From positions 124,707 through 188,706 of the forward strand of contig JAJDCG010000002.1 in the NCBI GenBank assembly GCA_029260965.1: DNA of 64,000 nt, written 5' to 3'. Shown one piece after another: positions 41,830 to 50,777 of this stretch; the stretch's first letter is position 1, and every line of letters starts with the position of its first letter. The notes below the pieces were generated by a model. That model was given only the letters and a program-made list of their open reading frames with translations. It searched no databases and was not told the origin of the DNA. The position numbers and the translations under genes are program-made. The stretch comes from Candidatus Levyibacteriota bacterium. Lineage in GTDB: Bacteria > Patescibacteriota > Microgenomatia > Levybacterales > UBA12049.

Positions 41830-42395
41830 AATTTTTCTGGCTCTTTTACTTGTCTTTTTTTCTTGTCAGGCGACATTACTGCGACCAGTTGTCTTCCTTC
41901 AAATCGCGTTTCTCGATCGAGCTTTGATATTTCTGAAAGATCATTAAGAACTTTTTGAATTATCTTGTGTCCAAATTCTGGATGAACGATTTGCCTGCCC
42001 TTGAATTTTACAACCAGTTTTATTTTGTGTCCTTCTTCGAGAAATTCTCTTGTTTTTCTGACTGCGACCTGAAAATCATTGTCAGATATAAAAGGGCTAA
42101 GTCTCACCTCTTTAGTATCACTAGACTTAGCATGTTTTTTTTCCTCTTTTTCTTTCTTTGCTTTTTGATAAAGAAATTTATTGAAGTCTATTATCTTGGC
42201 AACTGGTGGTTGAGCCTTTGGTGCTACTTCAACCAAATCCAACTCCTGTTCTTGTGCCAGCTTTAGGGCTTCATTTTTGGGCAGAACTCCAATCATTTCG
42301 CCTGATGCATCCAAAACTCTTAGAGTTGATGCAAAGATGCGCTGATTCAGTCTGTAAATCTTTTTTTGATTGGGCTTGTTAGATCTTCTTATCAA
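41826..42395 (-). CDS. infC: translation initiation factor IF-3
   Basis: IF3 N- and C-domains (LDLVEVAP...; GRQ...). The annotated ATG may be upstream of the true non-ATG start. Confidence 0.85.
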   Translation of the reverse strand: MIRRSNKPNQKKIYRLNQRIFASTLRVLDASGEMIGVLPKNEALKLAQEQELDLVEVAPKAQPPVAKIIDFNKFLYQKAKKEKEEKKHAKSSDTKEVRLSPFISDNDFQVAVRKTREFLEEGHKIKLVVKFKGRQIVHPEFGHKIIQKVLNDLSEISKLDRETRFEGRQLVAVMSPDKKKRQVKEPEKL

Positions 42396-43599
42396 TTTCT
42401 TGTTTTATCTTTTGTATAAACGAGGAAATGGACATAGTTCCTAGGTCTTCTCCATCCCTTCTTCTTACAGATAAAGAGGCTTCCTCAACCTCCTTATCCC
42501 CTATTATACCTAAATAAGGGACTTTTTGTAAAGTAGCATCCCTTATTTTGGCTTGAAGCCTTTCAGAGCGCGTATCTGTCTCTATGCGGATTCCGTTTTC
42601 TAGCATTTCTTTTTTTACTTTTTCAGCATGTTCGTGATGTCTGTCAGCAATTGGTAAAAGCATTATCTGAACTGGCGCAAGCCAGGTTGGAAAAGCTCCC
42701 TGAAAATGCTCTATCACCATTGCTAGAAATCTCTCGTAGGAACCATAGGTTGCTCGGTGAAGCATAACTGGACGTTTTTTGTTTCCAGTTTCATCAATGT
42801 AGGAAATGTTAAATCTTTCAGGTAAATTAAAGTCAACTTGTATAGTTGAAACTTGCCATTCTTTACGATTTGAGTCTGTTGTCATGAGATCCATCTTGGG
42901 TCCATAAAAAGCTGCCTCACCCTCTGCTTTTTTATATTCAATTTTTGATTCTTTGAGTATCTCCTCCATTAGGCTTTGCATACTTTCCCAAACTTTTTTA
43001 TCCCCCAAGTATTTGCTCTTATTTTTCGGATCCCATTCAGAAAGTCTTATCCAATAGTCAAGTTTAAAATCAGTTAGCATCTGTCTGTTTATTGCTAGTG
43101 CTCTTCTAAATTCTTCTTTTATTTGGTCAGGACGGGCGAAAACATGAGAATCATCAAGCGTAAGTGCTAACACTCTTGCTAAGCCTTCAAGTTCGCCTGA
43201 TTGTTCAGAGCGGTATTGTGTGGTTGATTCTGCATAGCGTTGTGGCATTTCGCGATAAGAATGAGGTTTGCGAGCAAATATTTGAATGTGATGAGGACAA
43301 TTAGCTGGTTTTAACATATATTCTCTGCCTTTGGTTTTCATTACTGGGAACATATCATCGGAAAATTTCTCCAAATGTCCAGATTTTTCATAAAGACTTT
43401 TTTTAGCAATGTGAGGAATCCAGACAAACTCATAGCCTTGTTTTTCAAGTTGTTCGTCAATATATTTTTGGAGGATTCTGCGAAGAGTTGCGCCTTTGGG
43501 AGCGAATAAAGGAAGACCAGATCCGACTATGTCAGTCAAAAAAAATAAATCTTGCTCCTGGCCTATTTGCTGGTGTGATTTGATTTGTTTCTTGTCCAT
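42379..43599 (-). CDS. thrS: threonyl-tRNA synthetase, catalytic plus anticodon-binding domains only (no TGS or editing domain)
   Basis: Class II core with Zn-binding residues and a C-terminal anticodon-binding domain. Only 406 aa versus about 640 aa for canonical bacterial ThrRS. Confidence 0.85.
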   Translation of the reverse strand: MDKKQIKSHQQIGQEQDLFFLTDIVGSGLPLFAPKGATLRRILQKYIDEQLEKQGYEFVWIPHIAKKSLYEKSGHLEKFSDDMFPVMKTKGREYMLKPANCPHHIQIFARKPHSYREMPQRYAESTTQYRSEQSGELEGLARVLALTLDDSHVFARPDQIKEEFRRALAINRQMLTDFKLDYWIRLSEWDPKNKSKYLGDKKVWESMQSLMEEILKESKIEYKKAEGEAAFYGPKMDLMTTDSNRKEWQVSTIQVDFNLPERFNISYIDETGNKKRPVMLHRATYGSYERFLAMVIEHFQGAFPTWLAPVQIMLLPIADRHHEHAEKVKKEMLENGIRIETDTRSERLQAKIRDATLQKVPYLGIIGDKEVEEASLSVRRRDGEDLGTMSISSFIQKIKQEIDKKI

Positions 43600-43641
43600 G
43601 GATTTGATTATAGCTTAATTTTTTGGTTTTATAAAGTTGAT

Positions 43642-43872
43642 TTAGAGGTTGGGATTGCGGTGGGCGATAAAATCAAGTATGTCTGCGACAAATTCACCAA
43701 CAACTGGTACTATATCGATGTTTTTTGAAACAAATCCGACAATGGCAAAAATAACAGCTAATCCAACTGTTGCGCCAAGTGCCCAAAATATGCCACCCAG
43801 GAAATTATAAAAAACTATTTCTTTTTTTGAAAGTTTGCTTGATCGTTCAAATGGCTGATTTTTTTGTTCCAT
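43642..43872 (-). CDS. small membrane protein, 76 aa
   Basis: Two TM helices; AT-rich host-like composition. Confidence 0.4.
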   Translation of the reverse strand: MEQKNQPFERSSKLSKKEIVFYNFLGGIFWALGATVGLAVIFAIVGFVSKNIDIVPVVGEFVADILDFIAHRNPNL

Positions 43873-44061
43873 TAGATGAGTATAGCAGAATGCGAAGAGC
43901 CCTTGTCAATTGAGGTGGGACAGCATTTCTGACATGGAACTAAAGCGTCAAGAAATTCTTCCGCTTCAATTTTACTACGACGACATAGATATTAAAATTC
44001 TCCACTATGCGACAAGTGGTAACTTGTTTTCGCCTGGCGACAAGTACATTTCAGCCTAAAT

Positions 44062-44682
44062 ATGAATAACAAACAGATTAAAGCTAAAAACCACGAGAAC
44101 GACTTCATTAAACAGCACGTTACCGACGGTGTTTATCGAAAAATCGCTAAGGAACTGTCGGAAGCGGAAGACCCTAAAGGTCGCGGCAGAAAAATAGAAC
44201 TAACCGCCGAAAAACTTCATAATTTCCTATTCTATTTGTCTATGGGTGCAAGCTACAAATACGCCTCTGAATGGGCGCAAATCCCTGAAAACACACGACA
44301 AAAGTACATGGCAAAGTCAGAAGAATTCCGGCGGGTCGCTAGCCTGGCGAAAGCAAACGTAGAAATAGTAGCATTAGAAGTCCTGTACTGGGCTATGGTA
44401 GGGCGAAAACCTGGCTACTATGAATATATTCACCCGATTACCAAAGAACCTACCTATATTCTTCTTGACGCAATCCAGCCAAACGTTAAAGTAGCTATGT
44501 GGTGGCTAGATAAATGTCGATATTTTGAAAAACGAGAAGAAGCCGAAGCTAAAGAAAAAGGTTCAAACCAACTCGGTGCGCCACAAAACGAACATGAGGC
44601 TGAATTATTAGAAATGCTTATGAATCGACATTACGATTACGTTAAAAGAAAACAACAAGAAGTCACAACTAAAACTATCTAG
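44062..44682 (+). CDS. hypothetical protein, 206 aa (island-borne)
   Basis: GC-richer codons; basic or helical; no motif recognised. Confidence 0.5.
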   Translation: MNNKQIKAKNHENDFIKQHVTDGVYRKIAKELSEAEDPKGRGRKIELTAEKLHNFLFYLSMGASYKYASEWAQIPENTRQKYMAKSEEFRRVASLAKANVEIVALEVLYWAMVGRKPGYYEYIHPITKEPTYILLDAIQPNVKVAMWWLDKCRYFEKREEAEAKEKGSNQLGAPQNEHEAELLEMLMNRHYDYVKRKQQEVTTKTI

Positions 44683-44717
44683 GAATTCACCCTGGGTAAC
44701 TGTTATACTAATCTTAT

Positions 44718-45590
44718 ATGCAACAGAAGACAAAAAGCCTACTTGAAATACATATTGCGGTGTTACTTTTTGGTTTGGCAGGGCTTTTTGGGAAATTTAT
44801 TATCTTACCGTCGGCATTAATTGTTTTGGGTAGAGTTTTCTTCGCAAGTATCGCTTTAGGTGCTGTTTTACGATTTTCAAAACAAGATATTAGACTAGCT
44901 TCGAAAAAAGACTATTTTTTACTTGGACTATTAGGCATAATCTTAGCTATTCACTGGACGACATTTTTTCATTCGGTTCAAATTTCGACAGTCGCTATCG
45001 GATTGCTTACGTTTTCAACGTTTCCCGTATTTACAACATTTATAGAACCATTTGTATTTAAGGAAAAATTAAAAACTAAAGATATAGTTATCGCGTTGGT
45101 TACACTATTCGGGGTTGCACTAATTATTCCTACATTCGAATTAGGAAATAATGTTACACAGGGCGCAATTTGGGGAACTGTTTCAGGATTTACATTTGCA
45201 ATTCTATCTATCCTAAACAGAAAATACGTCAAGAAGTATTCAAGTTTAACAATAGCCTTTTATCAGGATTTAGTCGCCACTATTGTTTTACTACCGTTTC
45301 TTTTTTTCACTAACGCGTCATTCCATTTAAAAGATATTTTATTATTAATTTTACTAGGCGTGGTATTTACCGCTGTTTCCCACTCACTATTTATCAAAGG
45401 AATGACTCACATCAAAGCACAGCTCGCGAGTATCATTGCCAGCTTAGAACCTGTATATGGAATTATCTTTGCAATTTTTCTGCTGAACGAAATACCTACC
45501 GCACGAACTATCATGGGTGGAGTAATAATTTTAGGAGCAACCTTTGTAGCTTCAAACGACCAATTATTATCAAAGTTGAAAAAAGGGTAA
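44718..45590 (+). CDS. EamA/DMT-family transporter (10 TM)
   Basis: Two EamA-like repeats of about five TM helices each. Confidence 0.7.
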   Translation: MQQKTKSLLEIHIAVLLFGLAGLFGKFIILPSALIVLGRVFFASIALGAVLRFSKQDIRLASKKDYFLLGLLGIILAIHWTTFFHSVQISTVAIGLLTFSTFPVFTTFIEPFVFKEKLKTKDIVIALVTLFGVALIIPTFELGNNVTQGAIWGTVSGFTFAILSILNRKYVKKYSSLTIAFYQDLVATIVLLPFLFFTNASFHLKDILLLILLGVVFTAVSHSLFIKGMTHIKAQLASIIASLEPVYGIIFAIFLLNEIPTARTIMGGVIILGATFVASNDQLLSKLKKG

Positions 45591-45686
45591 GTCAAGTATT
45601 TGCACTATAACAAAACTATCTTATCCCTTGGTGAATAAGATTTGCTTTCCCAGCTTACTAAAAAGTTCTCACTTTGGCGATAAAAT

Positions 45687-47171
45687 TTACGCTTTTGACG
45701 CAGAAGGTTTATTGTCTTTTCTTGCGTCAATCAGAACGATATTTTCTATTCCTTCTAGTCCTAGCCTTTTAAGTATTCCTTGAACGCGTCGCAGTTCTTG
45801 AAAGGTAAAATAGATAATAACTTTGATACTTTTCTTCGTGTCATTTGCTTCTTCATATACACCTACCTGATTTTGCAAGTTCCTTTCAAGTTGGGTATTT
45901 GTAGCTAGTTTCAGTTCAACAAGACTTTTATCGGCTGAACCCTTAGATACTTTTACATCCACTGGGCCACGTCCATTGTTTACTTCGGTATTAAAATCAA
46001 ACGTAGAACCGCGCCAAGTAAGACGGTAGGCAATTTTTAAATCTTCTTCCCGCCGTATGGGTTCGTTATCTACATAGAAGAATCTATATCCGTCGTTGTT
46101 TTCAATAACTGATTTTAGGTACTGTACGCGTTGCATAGCTTCGTCGTATGAATCACAAGGTGTTTTATAAAAGTCTGTTTTTTCGGCAAGTAGTTTTGCG
46201 AAAGCCGTAAATTGGTCAACGTACATTAGTTCTGAATGCGTTACCTTTTGTTCGCTAATGCTCGTAGCTCTATCACCATTGTCTTCTTTATGTTTAATGT
46301 AGTAGTCAATCAGTTCGGGAAATGCCAGTATCGTCTTAACAGCGGCTTCTTTTTCATCCTTCTTTTTAGGGTCTTTTGGCAATACGCTTCTAAAATAGTT
46401 ATTAACTTTTGCACGCAGTTCATCATTAGAGATAGCATTCGGGATATTGTAAAAATCTTCAACTAAGTCATTTTTATTTATCCAGGTTTCATCTTTTGTA
46501 AGTAAGTCTTTTGGGGTCAAGATTACGAAATCATTTTGGTAAGACGGCAGTATGTAAGTGCCTTCTTCCCACGATTCCGTTTGATAGTTAAAGCGGACAC
46601 GAGGAATACGGAATTCCTGGCAAAGCATGGGGTCAAGATATTTCTTGGCAAATGCCTGGGTATATTGTAGTAAGAAGTCTAGGGTCAGATTAGTTGTGAA
46701 ATCGCTTATATTGTCTTTACCGACACCGTCTTTTATAAGACATAATTTCTCTAGGTGAGAACTTCTTGTTACCTTTTCTTGGCCGTAATCAGTGAAGATT
46801 TTGGCAAAGTTTTCGTTTAATGCTTTAGCAAAATCCGCCCCTAACGCGCTACCACTATTTCCATCAACAGAAAAACCTAGCCAGTTTTGTTTTACTTCTT
46901 TGAAACGATACCACGCGGCTAATAAGCCTTTATCTATTGGCTGGGAAATAGACTTGTCGCGTAAGAACCGTAAATAGGCAATCATTCCGTCATGCAACTG
47001 TTGGTATTCTGGCTTTTTACTATTAAAAAGAAGGAAAGGGTCAATGAATAATGGAAAATCAGCAACTAATGAAATATCAAAAGCCCCGTATTTGTCGAGT
47101 GCTTTTTTGTCAACATTGAAGTGGTCGGAAAAAAGTATTTTTGGCTGGGTATTTTCGGTATCGTTACTCAT
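45687..47171 (-). CDS. hypothetical 494-aa island cargo protein; its C-terminus has a possible PD-(D/E)xK-like motif
   Basis: Its start overlaps the Xis-like gene. ...GRGPVDVKVSKGSADKSLVELKLA fits hD...(D/E)xK spacing. No other recognisable domain. Confidence 0.5.
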   Translation of the reverse strand: MSNDTENTQPKILFSDHFNVDKKALDKYGAFDISLVADFPLFIDPFLLFNSKKPEYQQLHDGMIAYLRFLRDKSISQPIDKGLLAAWYRFKEVKQNWLGFSVDGNSGSALGADFAKALNENFAKIFTDYGQEKVTRSSHLEKLCLIKDGVGKDNISDFTTNLTLDFLLQYTQAFAKKYLDPMLCQEFRIPRVRFNYQTESWEEGTYILPSYQNDFVILTPKDLLTKDETWINKNDLVEDFYNIPNAISNDELRAKVNNYFRSVLPKDPKKKDEKEAAVKTILAFPELIDYYIKHKEDNGDRATSISEQKVTHSELMYVDQFTAFAKLLAEKTDFYKTPCDSYDEAMQRVQYLKSVIENNDGYRFFYVDNEPIRREEDLKIAYRLTWRGSTFDFNTEVNNGRGPVDVKVSKGSADKSLVELKLATNTQLERNLQNQVGVYEEANDTKKSIKVIIYFTFQELRRVQGILKRLGLEGIENIVLIDARKDNKPSASKA

Positions 47172-47352
47172 TGTTTGTTTTACCTTCGATAATCTTTTGA
47201 ACGTCTTCTGGCCTATATCTTCTATCTTGCCTTTTACCTATCCGAATGGCCTTTAAGCGGCCTTCATTGTCCCAACGCCTTAATGTTTCTGGGTTTACCC
47301 CCAACAATTCGGCCGCTTCCCTTATTCTTAACAGTTTTATTTTCTCTGACAT
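47164..47352 (-). CDS. excisionase/AlpA-family HTH DNA-binding protein
   Basis: AAELLGVNPETLRRWDNEGRLKAIRIGKRQDRRY matches the excisionase-family HTH. Confidence 0.65.
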   Translation of the reverse strand: MSEKIKLLRIREAAELLGVNPETLRRWDNEGRLKAIRIGKRQDRRYRPEDVQKIIEGKTNNE

Positions 47353-47386
47353 AACTTATACTAAATTATACATGTTTAGGCTATAA

Positions 47387-47800
47387 TTGGTAATAGGAAT
47401 TATGACTAAGAAAAACAAAAAATACGAACTTCCCGAATTTGCAGACGATATATTTATGCCCGACGATTTAATGAAGGTTCTTGTAAAGCGTAATGGGTGT
47501 ATGTATTTCTGGGGCATACCTTACAAAATCTACAAATCTAGTCGATTTCAGGATATGGAAGAACCGTACAAGGACGAAGATTTAGAGGCACTAGGTGGGG
47601 TTTTGTTAGATATTCTAGTACTTAATGGGCTTTCAATTGACTTCAAGCAAAAAACGGGCGTACAGAAGCTAAGCGTCATTGTACGGTCGTCTGAAAGCGA
47701 AGATAAACAGCTACTTCATAAATTGGCTACTGGGATTCGTGCAAATGACAAGCAATTGAATAGAGATAGCATTCCAGGAACTAATAACGACAATGAATAA
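47387..47800 (+). CDS. hypothetical protein, 137 aa (island-borne)
   Basis: ORF overlapping the integrase start by 8 nt. Confidence 0.45.
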   Translation: MVIGIMTKKNKKYELPEFADDIFMPDDLMKVLVKRNGCMYFWGIPYKIYKSSRFQDMEEPYKDEDLEALGGVLLDILVLNGLSIDFKQKTGVQKLSVIVRSSESEDKQLLHKLATGIRANDKQLNRDSIPGTNNDNE

Positions 47801-49583
47801 ACAACAGACTGCACCACTTCGAGCCGCCGTTTATCTTCGGGTATCTACTGACGACCAGATAGAAAAATATGGCATACCTTTACAGAAGGCGGCTGTTGAA
47901 GCGGTAGTTAATTCAAAAGGTAAACTAGACGACGGCTCACCCGCTATGGTTCTAGCTGGCGAACAATACATTTACAAAGACGAAGGGATTAGTGGTACTA
48001 CGCCACTAGAAGAACGGCCTGGTTTTGTACTAATGAAGGAAGATATTGAAAACGCGCTAGGTGGCGTAAAACCTTTTGATATTGTAGCCGTCTATCGTAT
48101 CGACAGATTCGCCCGTAAATTAAAAATCTTGCTAGAAGTAATCGACTATTTCGAAGCGCGCGATATTCAGTTCATTTCAGCCAATGAGAGCATAGATACT
48201 TCTACGCCATTCGGTAAAGCCATGCTAGGGATTATCGGTGTAATAGCCGAGCTAGAAAGGGAAACTACCAAAGCTAGAACACAAGCTGGTAAGGAACAAG
48301 CTATCGAACGTGGGGTGTATATGGGTGCAAGCGCGCCTTATGGGTACGTAAAGGACAAGGATAAGCGACTGCAAATTTTCCCGCCAGAAGCCGATATTGT
48401 ACGCAGTATATTTGAAATGTTTGTAGTTGAAAAAAGAAATACCCAGCAAATAGCCGACCGCCTTACAGATAAAAAGGTGCTTACACCCCTACCTTCCGCA
48501 ATTAAATACGAAAAAAGGAAAGCTGGACGGACAAAAGTTAATGACCCGTATTTCTGGCGTGATTCGACAGTTAGAGATATTGTCAAAGACGAAGTGTATC
48601 TAGGAATTTATCACTACAATAAAAACCAGGGAACTAAGCGGTTAGATAGGTCTTTATGGAAAGAATCACCATACCGCCACGGTGATATTGTTGACTTGGG
48701 TACTTTCGAACTGGCGCAAAGACGCATTAAAGAAGATATTGCCTTACGTAACAGTATGAAAACGGCTGATAATCACCTTTACCTACTATCTGGTCTATTA
48801 AAATGTCATGCTTGCTACGACCCCCATTCTGACCGTGACCCGCTTAACTGGACGGGTACGAGTAAAGTCATTAAGAAAAGTAATAAGCGCGCCTACTACT
48901 ACCAATGTGGAGCTAAGAATACTAAAAAATACTCTACCGTTTGTAAGGCTATACCATTTCCAGCCGACGAAATCGAACAGTTTGCAACTGACTTTGTAAA
49001 GAACCTTCTAAGCGACCCTGAAAGCGTCTATAACCATGTTAATTCCCTTCAATCAACCAAAGTTAAGAAACGGCTATTAGAGAAAAAACAGTCAGAAGTT
49101 ACCAAATTACTTAATGAACTACCGCGCCGACGCCAGAATGTGAAGCGAATGTATAAGCGCTGCGATATTGGCGATAGTGAGTATGACGAAGAAATGGAAG
49201 GTATAAAGGCAAAGGAAGCTGAATACAAGACAGATTTAGACGCAATACAATTGCAAATCGGCGAAAGCAAGCTGTCGGATATATATACCCGCACACTTAA
49301 ATTATTTGCAAAGAAGTATAAGCCTTTCCTAGACGGCTTAATGACTGATAGGCAAGAAGTATCAGAACTAATTCACCTTATTGTCGATAGAATCCACGTT
49401 TATACACGTAAGGCGACTAAAAACGACAAAATAGCGGGTCGGAAGAAGGAAGACCAGGTAATACCATACCAAGTTAGAATCGACTTACGCCTGCCACAAG
49501 ACATGATGAAACGATTTGCCCAGCAAGGCAAGTTCGAAGTCAAAAATGCTGAATTGTGGGCGCAAGAGGAGTCGAACCCCTGA
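47793..49583 (+). CDS. large serine recombinase (integrase)
   Basis: Resolvase catalytic domain with AAVYLRVSTDDQ (the Ser nucleophile), a recombinase domain, a Cys-rich zinc ribbon (CHACY...CGAK...C) and a coiled-coil. The last 9 codons are encoded by the tRNA-Val 3' half on the opposite strand. Confidence 0.9.
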   Translation: MNKQQTAPLRAAVYLRVSTDDQIEKYGIPLQKAAVEAVVNSKGKLDDGSPAMVLAGEQYIYKDEGISGTTPLEERPGFVLMKEDIENALGGVKPFDIVAVYRIDRFARKLKILLEVIDYFEARDIQFISANESIDTSTPFGKAMLGIIGVIAELERETTKARTQAGKEQAIERGVYMGASAPYGYVKDKDKRLQIFPPEADIVRSIFEMFVVEKRNTQQIADRLTDKKVLTPLPSAIKYEKRKAGRTKVNDPYFWRDSTVRDIVKDEVYLGIYHYNKNQGTKRLDRSLWKESPYRHGDIVDLGTFELAQRRIKEDIALRNSMKTADNHLYLLSGLLKCHACYDPHSDRDPLNWTGTSKVIKKSNKRAYYYQCGAKNTKKYSTVCKAIPFPADEIEQFATDFVKNLLSDPESVYNHVNSLQSTKVKKRLLEKKQSEVTKLLNELPRRRQNVKRMYKRCDIGDSEYDEEMEGIKAKEAEYKTDLDAIQLQIGESKLSDIYTRTLKLFAKKYKPFLDGLMTDRQEVSELIHLIVDRIHVYTRKATKNDKIAGRKKEDQVIPYQVRIDLRLPQDMMKRFAQQGKFEVKNAELWAQEESNP

Positions 49584-49630
49584 CCTTTACAATGTCAATG
49601 TAACGCTCTAACCAGCTGAGCTATGCGCCC
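49557..49630 (-). tRNA. tRNA-Val (anticodon GAC)
   Basis: Reverse complement GGGCGCATAGCTCAGCTGGTTAGAGCG TTACA-TTGACAT-TGTAA ...GGTTCGACTCC...TGCGCCCA; cloverleaf with the GAC anticodon. Confidence 0.85.
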
Positions 49631-49650
49631 GAGAGGTAAATTATAGCATA

Positions 49651-50745
49651 TCAGCTTATTGTGAGTAGGAATTTTTCAAGAATTTTGTAGTATTTTTTTA
49701 GGCTTTTCATGTCTACCCATTCATCGGAGTGATGATGGCTGCCACCTATGGGTCCAAATTCCACGCCGTCACAGCCTGCTTCTGTAAAATGTCGTACATC
49801 AGATGTGCCGTGTGCATTGGCCAGAATCATTTTTTCTCGTGCTGTATGGTGACTAGCCTGCTCAAGAAGTTTTATATATCTGTTGTCTATGTCAGTAGTG
49901 TGAATATGGCTTGAATGAGTTATCTCATGACTCACGCGATCTCCTATTATTGATTGAATCCGAGATAAGATTGTGGAACTATCCTCGTGGGCAAATCGGA
50001 TATCCAATATTGCTTCACAATAGTCAGGTGTGACTGTGTGATGTTGATGGTTAAGTGTTGTGATGTGTGTCACTGTGACAGTAGTTCCGTGCGTTTCTGT
50101 TTCAGGATGAGGAAAGTGATTTATAAGTTCAGCAATCACGTTTTGTAGCTTTATAATAGCATTTTCGCCCAGCCACGGATAGGCACTATGTGATGATCTG
50201 CCCTCTGCGACAAGTTTTATTTTTATCATACCTTTTGATTGGTGAATTGCTCGCAGATTTGTACCCTCACCTGTTATAACGAAATCAGCTCTGACGCCTT
50301 TTTTAATTTGATATTTAGTTCCATTATCCCCACCTAGTTCCTCATCAGTTGTCAACTGAAGCCCCAGAGGATAGTTGACTTTTTTTGCCAGATTTTTGTA
50401 GAGATAGATCATGGCTGCTGTTGCTGCCTTCATGTCATAGGAACCGCGACCATGAAGCTTACCGTTTTTGACAAATGGTTTGAACTCTTTGTCAGTTGCT
50501 GGTACGACATCCAGATGAGCGTTAAGAATTATTTTGAATCTTTCTGGTCTTTTTTTAGTGTTGCGGACCAGCAGGCTAGGTATGCCGTTTTTTTCAAATT
50601 CTTCGATTTCAAACCCACTGCCAACTGTTTTTTTACAGATAGTAAGAGCTTTTTTCATAGCTTTTGGATTAGCTGCAGTTGAACAAATTGTGATCAACTC
50701 TTTTGCCAGATCAAGAATTTGTTTGTTTGTATTATTTTTTTTCAT
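49651..50745 (-). CDS. M20-family metallopeptidase (ArgE/DapE-like deacylase)
   Basis: HLDVVP metal-binding motif and dimerisation-domain pattern. Confidence 0.75.
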   Translation of the reverse strand: MKKNNTNKQILDLAKELITICSTAANPKAMKKALTICKKTVGSGFEIEEFEKNGIPSLLVRNTKKRPERFKIILNAHLDVVPATDKEFKPFVKNGKLHGRGSYDMKAATAAMIYLYKNLAKKVNYPLGLQLTTDEELGGDNGTKYQIKKGVRADFVITGEGTNLRAIHQSKGMIKIKLVAEGRSSHSAYPWLGENAIIKLQNVIAELINHFPHPETETHGTTVTVTHITTLNHQHHTVTPDYCEAILDIRFAHEDSSTILSRIQSIIGDRVSHEITHSSHIHTTDIDNRYIKLLEQASHHTAREKMILANAHGTSDVRHFTEAGCDGVEFGPIGGSHHHSDEWVDMKSLKKYYKILEKFLLTIS

Positions 50746-50777
50746 AACTATATACTGCTTGTAGATCTTTTTGACTA

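Larger units (their letters stand above)
43880..49583 (+). mobile_element. integrated element (IME / defective prophage-like island) inserted at the 3' end of tRNA-Val(GAC). Left boundary approximate.
   Basis: Visibly higher GC and different codon usage than the flanks. Gene content is a large serine recombinase, an Xis-like HTH and cargo. The recombinase ORF ends inside the tRNA gene. Confidence 0.55.
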
